NCBI GenBank assembly: GCA_000934665.2
Contig: KZ538043.1
Coordinates: forward strand, 62,001-126,000
Direction: 5' to 3'
Length of the DNA stretch: 64,000 nt
From: Catajapyx aquilonaris
Lineage: Eukaryota
Both the position numbers and the translations under genes were made by a program. The notes below the pieces were generated by a model. The model saw only the letters and a list, made by a program, of their open reading frames with translations, was not told the DNA's origin and searched no databases. Shown one piece after another: positions 1 through 10,720 of the stretch. Every line of letters begins with the position of its first letter. The first letter of the stretch is position 1.

Positions 1-629
1 GGAGAACATACACAAGACCGGGGTTGTACCGATGGCTGTCCCCAGGGATTAAGGGGTGGAGCGATTATCCCTGGGGAAATGCAAGATAAGACAGGCAAGG
101 ACTGATCATACAATAATAAAAACATCAAATTAGTCACATTACGACAGATATGCGTGACTGATATAGTTATTGGTAGTTGTTTGAAAATTCACATAACTTA
201 TAGTCTTCCTTATCAATAAAACAGAAGCGGTACCTTGATTTTCAGGACCATGGTTAAGTTTGTGAAGGGTCTACAATATATGTCTCATTTAAATTACCGA
301 AATTGATATGTGAATAGTTTTGAATCTGAATCATAGATCAAATTATTGATATTAAAAGTACAGTAATTTATAAGTGATTCAGGCCCAGCTTTTTAAATAA
401 TTGAATCAAATATATTGGAAATCAATAGTTCGGGGATGATCGTTTGCTGTAATGCAAATCAATATAAGTAATGAGCAAATAAACCAACTTACACAAAATT
501 ATGCTTCAAATATGGATTAAGTTTAAAATAATAGGCCTATCTAAAACCGCTCCATGTGCTAGCTGCATGCTATTAAGAAACCGGTAGTATAAGCACTGAT
601 ACGAATTTTAACTATTTCCAGAATATTTA

Positions 630-977
630 TTTTTATTTTTTATTTTTTTGCATTACCCCACGGGGGGAGTTACGTACTCCTTAGGGGGGATGGATTACCA
701 CCATTGGGGTTTTCGTTGGAGCGAGTTAAGATAGAATCTTATTAGTGTACTCCAAGGGTGGGTGGGAGGGGATGTGCAAAGTGCAAGTGCAATGTCTCTA
801 ATCGTCATTTTGTGAACTCCCCCGGGTGGCTTAATCTGTCGGAAATTGCCACCCGAAACGAAGCCAGAGATGGCCCAACTCTGCACGAAAGAAGGTGGGA
901 ACCCCGGGTGGGGATTGAACCCGGGACCTTAACTTCCGTGGGCGCGCGCGTTACCGCGGCGCCACTCCGTCTCCCCC
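630..977 (-). mobile_element. tRNA-derived SINE, about 350 bp, with A-rich tail and perfect 16-bp TSD
   Basis: Minus strand begins GGGGGAGACGGAGTGGCGCCGCGGTAACGCGCGCGCCCACGGAAGTTAAGGTCCCGGGTTCAATCCCC: A box (954-966) and B box GGTTCAATCCC (911-921), resembling tRNA-Arg(ACG). The tail reads (TTTTTA)n on + at 630-649. ATTTCCAGAATATTTA is duplicated at 614-629 and 978-993. Confidence 0.9.
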
Positions 978-3041
978 ATTTCCAGAATATTTACTCACAT
1001 TATAACTATCTATTGGAACGAGTGGGCTAAATAAGCTGGTATAGTCCTTGTATGGTGCAGAATACCATTTTTAGAAGCATAGGAAGTCGTACATGATATG
1101 GATTAGAAGTCAATTCACATGCAAATGCATGATATAACTTACTATAATTTTGATTACTTTTTAAAAGTTCAGGAAGAAATTTGTTTAAAAAAATCACTAA
1201 CATATTTTCCATACACATTCAGAGGTGTTTCGCAGAGTAAGACGAGATCTGGTATTGTGATGTATGGGATAATATTATACAGTACCCTAGGTTAAAGGCA
1301 ATAATTTCTTCAAACTTAATGCTGACCCTATAAAATGAATGGCTAGAATGTATTCTAAAAATAACAAAATAAATGGTATAAATATGTAGATTTCCTGGCC
1401 ATCCGCTGGTAACCCCAGTCTTAATTCAGGGGAAAAGCTGTGATGTATAATGATGAAATAAATTTCCTGAGGAACTGTAATATTTACATGCTATTACGTA
1501 TAGGTATTTTAAATCCATATCTCACTTTTCATTTTTGAAAGGCCGGCCGTACAAGGGACACGCTTTGTGCTCATTTCAGTGTAATGTACCTGAACATCTT
1601 GCTCATCTGTCACTTTTTAAAACCTGCTTATGGGCATAACATTTTCAAATGAGCACAATATGCAATGCATTATACGTGGTATCATTGACATGAAAGGTTG
1701 TTATAAAAAGCTATAAGTGTGTACATATCCACCGCTTATCGTCTTTCACACTTACACTGTAGAGTAAACTATACAGTAATGCATGATTGATTTATTCCTT
1801 TTGAGCGCATTATCTCTCTGAAATATAATTTACGGACATAATCAAATCCCCAGGCTTCCGAGAAGAACTGAATCAATTGATCATAAACATTTTATGCAGT
1901 CTAACCAGTATTTAAGTGAATTTTATAAATGGCATAAATGGCATTACATATTTTTTTTGCGATACCCTGCTGCATTCACACTGTAAATAGTGACCCCCAC
2001 CTGAATTTTGTTATTACCGTGGAATTGGTGACGCCCCAGTGTTTTTGGCTCTGGCAAAAACCGTCCTCATTTTTATACTTCTCCCTTGCCTATCCACATC
2101 ATCCCCACCAGTCCATCAAAGCACCTCCTGCTGGGACCCTAGGTGGTTTTTATATACACGTGAGGATTGTTCGGGATCGAACTAGGGGAGAACTCGGGCC
2201 AGTTATGCCCAACAATTCAATCATTATCCCCTGAGATTCGGGAGGATCTGCAACTGACAACTCGCAGCGATTTTTTAAAAAAATGCAGTCAAAAAATTAA
2301 TATGCGATTATCCTGCACTTCCGTTACCAACTCATAAATCTATTATGTAAAAGGCGCCCTTGAGCGAATATTATGGCGAAGAATATTGATGCCCGGATGT
2401 GTGCCTGTACGATGATGCCAAGAAAGGGATATCAGCCAACAAGACACTTTCTTGACGTCACTGTGGGAGTGGTGAAGAGATCGATCAGTTGTAGACGTGC
2501 GCATTTCCTCCCACTTCCACTCCTGACTTTGATACCTTCTTATAATAATAAAAAAAATAAAGCAAAAAAAAATTAAAACTTACCCTTCTGAAGCACCGGA
2601 GAAGAAAAATAGTGGCGTGAATTCTAATAGGGTATGAAGTCTTGGTAATTCAATCCGAGGGCATCGGAGGCTGATACCCGAGAGGACTTGCATCAGGTTC
2701 CTTTTGAAGCGGGTGCCCCCGAAGAAAAAAAAGAGAGAGAAACTTATGTGACCCCTCCGTCAGTCTGTTCTGACAGTGATAGGCAGAGAATGTAGGAATA
2801 GGAGTTGGGCTGAAGTGACCCCTCAGCAGCCTCCAAACTGATTGTTCTCACACAAGTCAAGTTGGAAAAGTCCAGATGCCAGTAGAATAGTAACGGAACA
2901 GTGCTAGACATGTATGGGCTCAGAGTTATTTGTATAAAAAAAATTGGGCATGTCAAACAGTCTGATATGGTCAAATATTGAATTAAGTGCTTCAATAATA
3001 TTGTTCAGCATTTGAAGTGGTGGAATAAAAGTGGGGCTATG

Positions 3042-3177
3042 CTTTCGTAACGGGAGACCCCCCCCCCCACTTTTACTTACTATCTTAGGCAGTGTATCCG
3101 CTGAAGGATAGGTGTGTATCCGCCTTGAAAGAAGACGTGCCCCTGCTCCTGCCACATTCGGTCTCCCATTACGAAAG
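3042..3177. mobile_element. Small MITE-like element with 18-bp terminal inverted repeats
   Basis: CTTTCGTAACGGGAGACC (3042-3059) pairs with GGTCTCCCATTACGAAAG (3160-3177) at 17/18. A related left end and the internal motif recur at 30893-31008. No clear TSD. Confidence 0.65.
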
Positions 3178-5519
3178 TCCTTCCATAAAAGTAAGCTCAA
3201 GTCCGTATATTCTGAATGCTTTAAGTGTAAATATGTAAATAAAGTTTCAAATGCATAGAATGTCGATGATTTTGAAGGAAATATTGCGCTTCATGCCACG
3301 GGCCCAGTTTTAAATTCAAAATTTGCGAGATAGAATCAGTAGTGATATGTTGACAGTTGCAAAGATGATGCCCCCCCCCCCCCTCCCACGCTAAATGCTA
3401 ATGTAAAATTCATCATTGTTTTGTTTGTGCGAGGGCGAAACTAATCGTCATCCTAAATAACCCATCCCAACGAACCTCACAGTACTACTGGGAATCCATG
3501 TTTGTTGCAATTAATAATACACGTGAGCCAAAACACACACAAAACACAGATTGAAACTACAGCTCCGGAAAAGCTACAATCCCAACCGGTTCGAGAGGCA
3601 AATATGACAAAATTAACCACCAGAGTCCTGTTATCTCAACACAACTTTTTTTTCCCCACCCCTCCCCCCTTCCACCCCCTTTGGTCATACATGGCCGGGA
3701 GGGCTCCCATCAGCTTTGGCCTCCCTGATACCCTAACGGGCGATGTAGCAGCGTGTTTGCAGTGTAATGCAAGCTCCAGGGGGTTCATTAAAGATTCAGG
3801 ATCTCCGTAGTTCGCGAGAAATGTTTACTCTGGATGACCATAGGCATTAGGAGAGAGGACCACGCTTGCCGCCGACTAGCCAATATTAACTCTATCCTTC
3901 GGGTTCTCCGCTCGGTTGCGATGGAAGAGCAGTTGGGTTGGGGGGGTGTTGTCAATAATGCATCCTTTTTCCGGGATGGAATTACCAGTCTTTCCAACAT
4001 GAATAAATCAAAATGGAGGTTGGCCTTGCCATCGAATCCTCTCTCGCTATTTTTTTTTCGGAGCCAAGTATTATTCCGGGTCTCTCTGAGGTGTATCTTT
4101 AATCATGGGGGGAAAAGGGCCTCGGAAAAAAATATATGCACACCAGGAAAAATTGTTGGAAGTCCTGAAATATGCAGGGATTGGGAGCGTAGCGGATTGT
4201 TCATCAACATGTCATTACGGCGCAATGAAAGCGTTTCCGGTTGGCCTGTTTGAATGCGGTTTGTTTGATTTCTCTCTGGAGAACAAAGATCAAGCTTTGT
4301 GCTCATTGATTAGGCTAGGAACATGGACACATCCAACCCTCTAGGTTCCCTGCTCTGTTTGCAATCATCCGCGGACTCTATTTGATATATACGAAGAGAA
4401 GACGATTTGAGAAGATGAGGAAACGTGTATGGATTGATCGTTCGATGAAGTGGGGCTTTTGGGTCGGGTAATGTCGCGTGCCAGAAATGTCAAGCTTGAT
4501 TTCAGGATGAATGAGCCTGTCGCAAAATTTAGACAGAATTGCTAATCCCTTCGATCAAATTGAAGTTGTTGTCTATCTAGTTGCATAGATGTGAGTGACA
4601 TACATTAATTTTGTTAATTAAATTACATTCACAAGCATTACAATTAAGAAACACCTTCCGGTTTGTAGATATTGCATATCGTACATGAAAATCATCTGCT
4701 GAGTCCCTGATGAAGAGTTAGCTGCAACGTGAATCAACCTCTGCATGATTCTAGATAAACACTACTCATTCCGTGAACTCCAGCTCCAATCTAATCAAAT
4801 CTGAGCCATTGTCCAGCAGAGAGGTCACTGAGAGTCCCTTCCGTGCTAATTATCAAAAAGGGGCGATGGTTATCTGCACCTAGTTGCCACTTATGCACTT
4901 GCACCCCCCTTAGGGCCAGCTTCACACGCCATTCGGTTCTCCACACCTTTCCCCCCCACCTCTCTGCATATCCCCTCTCCGTGTACAGTATAATGAGCCG
5001 CAGCGTATGTGACATGTCAGCATATCTGGAAAATTATACCAATCCTAGAAGTTGAAGGCACATGTCATGATGGCGGCGGTTGGATGTTAAAATCTCCTCA
5101 CTTCTCTCTTCGCATACATTTTTTTTTGTGTGTGTGACCTGAACATGGCGTGATTTCAATATAGCTCTCGACGTCCTGACTTGAGTAATGGCGTGCTGGG
5201 GTCTTCCTCCAAAAAAGCACAAGAGGCGAGTGACGGAGATAACAGCGCGTGCCAAGTGAAATGAGGCCTATCTAGAGCGGAAGAAAGAAGAACAAACTGA
5301 TGGGTTGTTCGCATGTGCTGCTTCCAGTGGCTGCCCCTTTTCTGACTTTTCGTGACCCCCGATTGTCCCTTCGGTTCTTATCTGGTGCCCTGCCCAGGAG
5401 GTGATGACAACAGATCTGAGGGCTTCAGGTTGGGACCCTGAGGTCAGCCGGAACACGCCCAAGTTGATTGCATTATTCGGTCCGACTACGCCATTTTGTA
5501 CGACATGCGCCATTTTATA

Positions 5520-5691
5520 CAGGGTGGTGCATTACTTAAGTGAACTGCTCACTGAAGCTGTTCTGTAGTTGGAAGCAGCAACCCCAATTGTGAAGATATA
5601 CTGTACATATCGTATGATAATAATATCCGACATAAGTACATAATTTAATAACTACATAGTGAACTGAGGACTTGGGCAGTGAACCACCCTG
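5520..5691. mobile_element. Tc1/mariner-type MITE (TA|CAGGGTG... termini)
   Basis: TA flanks at 5518-5519 and 5692-5693. Left end CAGGGTGGTGCATTACTTAAGT versus right-end reverse complement CAGGGTGGTTCACTGCCCAAGT (17/22). Confidence 0.75.
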
Positions 5692-6565
5692 TATTTTGTA
5701 ATTATGAATACTCTCGATGCAGGACTAAAAAAATAACGTTAAAAGCTAGCGACTCCCAATGCGCTGGGATAATTTCAAAATCGCGTCAGTTATATGACTC
5801 ACTTAACACTATTGAAAGCGATGTCGGTCGGTACATGCTACAATCCGAAATAATTTTATCATGTCAAAAAAGTTGTGGGGCAAACATTTGAAAATCATTG
5901 TGCGCTCCGGGGATGAACAATCATGGAGAACAATGGGTGGCAATTAAAATTTCAGCTGGCCTCCACATTTGAAGGGTGGGTGGGGGGTCGTAGTTTTGGG
6001 GGTTGGGTGGATGGGGGGGGGGGAGTGACATCGACATTGTGTAATTCGCAACATTATTTCCCCTCGCATGGTGATTCACACAGTCAGGTACAAAATGCAT
6101 CCCGGTCCGGTACAAAAGCTCGGCCTGATTGCAAATTCAGTGTAGAATCGCAGCTGTACCTGTTTGTGTCGGTGGGGTTTCGACTCTCTCTCTCACGCTC
6201 ACTCGACTCAACTTCCTCCTCCATGCCGTGAAATTGATGGCAGGAATGGGATGAAACAACTGGAAACGACTGCTGTGGTCGCCCCAATTACATGTTCGGT
6301 TTCTATTATATAGCGTGTGATTTTGCGGGGTTCGCTGGAGCACTGCTGGGATTGTATACTGTACTATAACACTCTGTACAGTGCACTGGGTTTTATTATG
6401 CATTGCTACGTTAGCATTCTGGAGCTACATGCAATGACCAGATAGAACTTGTTCGTTGTATGGGGTGCGACAATATTTTATAATAATATCCCAATGCCCA
6501 ATCATAATTGTTATGAGTGGGGAAACCTTATACTCAGTTATATTTAATAAAAAGCAAGGGGTTAA

Positions 6566-6717
6566 CCACTTGGTGTACACACCTGCAGTGGTACTCCCAG
6601 GTACACACCTGCAAACTGCAGTGGCACTTCCAGGTATACTTCTTAGGAACCTACTCTTTGGTTCTCCATGGTACTCCTTGAATTTGGCACTCCAGTGTAC
6701 ACTTTACAGTCGAGGGG
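6566..6717. mobile_element. Possible degenerate piggyBac-like MITE
   Basis: TTAA on both sides (6562-6565, 6718-6721), CC.../...GGGG ends, GTGTACAC near both ends and an internal imperfect direct repeat (gtacacacctgca...gtgg.act.ccaggta). TIR identity is poor. Confidence 0.4.
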
Positions 6718-8550
6718 TTAACTCTTTGATAAAAAGAGACATAATATTTTTTAAACCCCAAAATGTTGAGCTGACAATGCCAATTGCAACACTTGCACTC
6801 ATGGCCATTTTTTCACATAATTATGCATATGCAAAACACGGAAGCACCAAGCACTGTCAGATTACTAATCTCGCAAATATTCATGGACGTTCCGTTCAAT
6901 ACGTAAATTGTTTGCATCATATCTGATAGCATTCATAAGTAAGGAAGCAAACCAGACGAAAAAAAACAAGGTGGTGTGAATGCTGATGCCATATGTTCTC
7001 TACAAAATTAAAGTGTTTTGCCGTGATTACACTGCCAACATAGGTTTAGAATGTTGTGTTTTTGCCACGACTAACAGTATTTTTCATATTGCAATCTTGC
7101 AACTCCATGATTAAAACAACTCCTGGCCGCATTGCCCCTGCGAGATGCGCCACCCGGTGAGTAACTGTGGCTCATAAATTGCAGACATATCCAGGATGAA
7201 GTGGAATAGCTGGAGGGCATTAAAGGGCACGCTACACTGCAACGCAAAAATAATAAGTAGGAAATTATTATGGGATTAAAGTCGCACTGAAAATGCTGGA
7301 TATGGTACACATCAACACACATGCACGCGATCACTGCTATTCCTATACAAAAAATATTGCATAAGTTTTGAGTAGGCCTATAACTGGCGAGGCTGTAGAA
7401 TATTATTGTACAAAAATTACTACGAAGTGTGTCTTATCTTGTGGGGTCAATGATCTTTTGGGCAGATCCGTATGTACTGTCTTGAATATAGTCCATCAGC
7501 CGTGACACATTTGGCGCCTGCTTCAGCCCAACAATATTATTTCCTCTGCCGCGTATTGATTGTTTAACAGACCGTGACAAGTGGTTACATGCCTATCGCT
7601 TCCTCCGCAACAAAAAAAATGGGGAATAACAAGCCCAATCGAATCCAGGCTATCTTTGCAACCCCCTAAAATCTCTATCACCAGCCGACGATTCGTTATG
7701 AAATATTACTACCCAGTAATACCAAGGTTGTTGAGTCACAATTACTACCATAAAAATCCACGGGAAAAACCGGATTTTGGCCCCAGAAAACACCTAACTA
7801 AACGCTTCGGTTCCCCACCAAAACCACATAAAAAATACACCATACATATCTTCCAGGGAATCTCCCTACTGGTTGGCGTGTTTGTGACCAGCAGATGCAA
7901 CGCGAATTAACCTATTCAACCTGTGATATCACATGTAAAAAAAAAAAAAAAACAGAAAAAAGGGGAAAAAATAAGTGGGAGTCTCCCCCAATTTCATCCC
8001 GATCAGTTTATAGGATCATAGCCAATACCAGCCTTCAAAGCAACACTTTTTTTGGGGGAGATCCCATAAGAGAAAGTACACCCTCTGCTGTCATAAATTA
8101 TGGCAGGTCGGCGTAATAATAGGTGTTGTGTCAATACGCTGGCCTGCGCTGGATGATAATGTTTCATGCCTAGGATATGGTCTCCACGCATGGCATGTGG
8201 CACGAAGACAAGGAGGAGGTGGAAGGAGGAAACTGTACCTATTTTGACCTGGGTGTTACACTAGACACAGAAGGACGACTGAGGGGGGGGAGGTAAAAAG
8301 CCGTGGATAAAGAGGGGTAAGTAGAGCGGAACTTGGGTATAAATTATGGTACGTGTATATGAAAGGAGGAGTCGCTTCAGGAGTTATCTATTTTGTTATC
8401 ATAGCAATGGCGGATACATGCTAAATGTCAGCGATGTTTTATGTAGGTGCTACCACAAATTGTTCGGAGTGATCGATAGTAAATTTTGAACATGCTCGGA
8501 TTAGCCACTTGTTCTGGATTTACTATCAGTTTTGAACCGCGCGTTAAACT

Positions 8551-8830
8551 ATATGACGTCATATTCAGCCGCAAGCATACTACTGCGCATGCTCAGAAAA
8601 CAATGCTGATGTGACGTCAGATCGTTCTTTGCTGGTCACGTGACGTCACCCCTTTGATTCCCCAACCATCGGCCACAAATCTCCGCCAATCACATCCGGT
8701 GATGCCATTAAATCACCGCTGATTTCAAGTGCGGATTATCTCGCGTGCAAACCTGGCCAGCGATGATTGGCCTGACAACCCCCTGAGCCGTAAAACAAGC
8801 AGCGCCTATAAAAGGAGCGCCTATAAGGGC
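8551..8830 (+). promoter_or_regulatory. Dense Pol II promoter-like motif cluster (3x CRE, NRF1-like site, E-box, CCAAT boxes, duplicated TATA)
   Basis: TGACGTCA at 8554, 8612 and 8641; TGCGCATGCTCA at 8584; GTCACGTGAC at 8635; CCAAT at 8686; ATTGG at 8766; AGCGCCTATAA twice, with TATAAAAG at 8807. CpG-rich relative to the flanks. Confidence 0.55.
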
Positions 8831-9899
8831 TAGCCTTATCACCATCTCTCATCTAAAGCCGAAGCATGTCGTTCGTCAAGCAGCAGACTTCGACGTGTCC
8901 ATCTGAGGTCGCTTGAAGTCAGCATGCGCCATACACGAAACGAAAGGATCCGGTTCGCCATGAATTAATGCGAAATCAGGACTTCTTTTGGGGCGTAGCT
9001 TCCATGGACTCATTTCGCAACGCACGAAATCCTAAGGGGTGTGGAGGTGGGTTGGACTTATACTCTCTTTTTTTTGGGAACACAGTGTCTCTTATCGAAT
9101 GACAAGATCAGCGACTTATAATCTCAGTCATCATGGGTTAGTAATAGAAGAGTTGAAGCCATGATTCGGCACTTTTTTTTTTGCGACAGATTGCGGTTCG
9201 GTTTTATAAGAGAGCGTGACTTTTTGAGGTCAATATGTGGCCCGCCGGATTACTACGAGGGTGACAAATGAAAGCGTGTGAGATAAGATTCCGGATGACG
9301 TTTATTAGGCTTAGAGGCACCGCGGGGAACGTTTTTGTGACCTGACCCATGTTCCGAAGTGAGTAAAACTCTGAGAAGATGTATTGGAGCCCGGCAGGGA
9401 AATTGTACGTACACATGTTTCATTGGGCTGAATCTGTGTGCGAGCATGTGTCAGAGTCTGGCACAATCCCTCTTAATCTGCTTGCAAATAATGCGCGTTT
9501 TAAAAATAACGGGCGTAGTTTCGGACGCGCTCAATGTGTGGTCAGTAGCAGATCAGGGCATGTCTTTGTAACTAGGCTTCGTAGACCAAATGACATCTCT
9601 ACATAAAATGATCTGTTGGTAACCAGGAGCTGACTCGATAAGTTTGGCAGTGTGTAATGTAACCACCCTGTATATGCGATTAATGAAGTGAGTAATGCTC
9701 ATTCGAGCATGAGAACGAGGTGGCGATGAGAAATCTAACCTCGACTCTCCTGCCCCCTTCCTACCCCATCCTACCATCAAAGAGCGTCCGCTTCCTCATT
9801 GGCCAACCACCTGATTGCCGAATCGCATGCCGGGACCCACCTTTCGGAAGTGCCTCCCCGGCGGGACTAATGCACCAGATGAAGAAGAAGCCGGCACTT

Positions 9900-9925
9900 C
9901 CCCCCCCCCCCCCCCCCCCCCCTCN
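9900..9925. repeat. Poly-C run with an ambiguous base (N at 9925); a similar poly-G run has an N at 30520
   Basis: Direct reading. Indicates local sequencing or assembly uncertainty in homopolymers. Confidence 0.9.
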
Positions 9926-10469
9926 AACTGGAAGGAAGGATATCCCAAAGTCTCTCTCTCCCCCTATGTACCCAATCACCCCCATCCACCTGAAAACACC
10001 TATATCCCTTCACAGCAGGTCCGGTGTCTCATACAGTAGGGGGAATCGCCACAAACCTTTGCGTGACTGTCTTTGTTTGTCGGGCAATTAAGCTACCATG
10101 TGATAAAGAGTATCGATTGCGTAAATAGATGATAGTATGTAAGGGTGACTCTTTGAACAAGGAGGGTTTCTGCCCCGTGTGAGTAATTGGAGGCAGTGAA
10201 TGTCAGGGGGTATTATAGGGAGGGAGGCCAAAGGCTATAAAATTTTTCGGGGGGTTCAGGATAAGGGGATGTGTCAGGATGAAGAGGATGTAGTGTCCAT
10301 TAATCACTTGACGTGCTCTGTGGGAATAAGAGGAAGACACCTATTGTTAAAAGAAGAGTGGACAATTACTGTGCCATCTAGAGCCATGTTTTGGACTCAA
10401 GCGGACCCATATATGCCTGAATTATTTTTTGTTGATTTTTTAAACGTGTCTTTTGACGAACAAAATATT

Positions 10470-10720
10470 GAGGAGTTGACATGGAAAAGGGCGTAAGTCA
10501 CCATGAAAAATGTGCCTCAAAAAGAAAAAAAAGTAGCCTACATTTAAATGTTAAACCCACTATAAACTGCTTTTATATTGACTTTTCATGACTTTTTGTA
10601 ACATACAACAATGAGAAATATATTGTGTAATAAAATCTGCTTAACAGTGGTCTAAAAACTGGTGTTCTACCTAGCCCCTGTAAAAATAGTGACTTACGCC
10701 CTTTCCCATGTCAACACCTC
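10470..10720. mobile_element. Sola-like MITE, copy 1 (32-bp TIRs, GAGG...CCTC termini, 4-bp TSD)
   Basis: GAGGAGTTGACATGGAAAAGGGCGTAAGTCAC (10470-10501) versus the reverse complement of 10689-10720 matches 30/32. Flanks are TATT/AATT. The interior aligns in reverse to 39117-39382. Confidence 0.85.

Noticed and set aside
900..977. Functional tRNA gene
   Set aside because: Acceptor and anticodon stems do not pair properly, and the sequence continues into a SINE body with tail and TSD.
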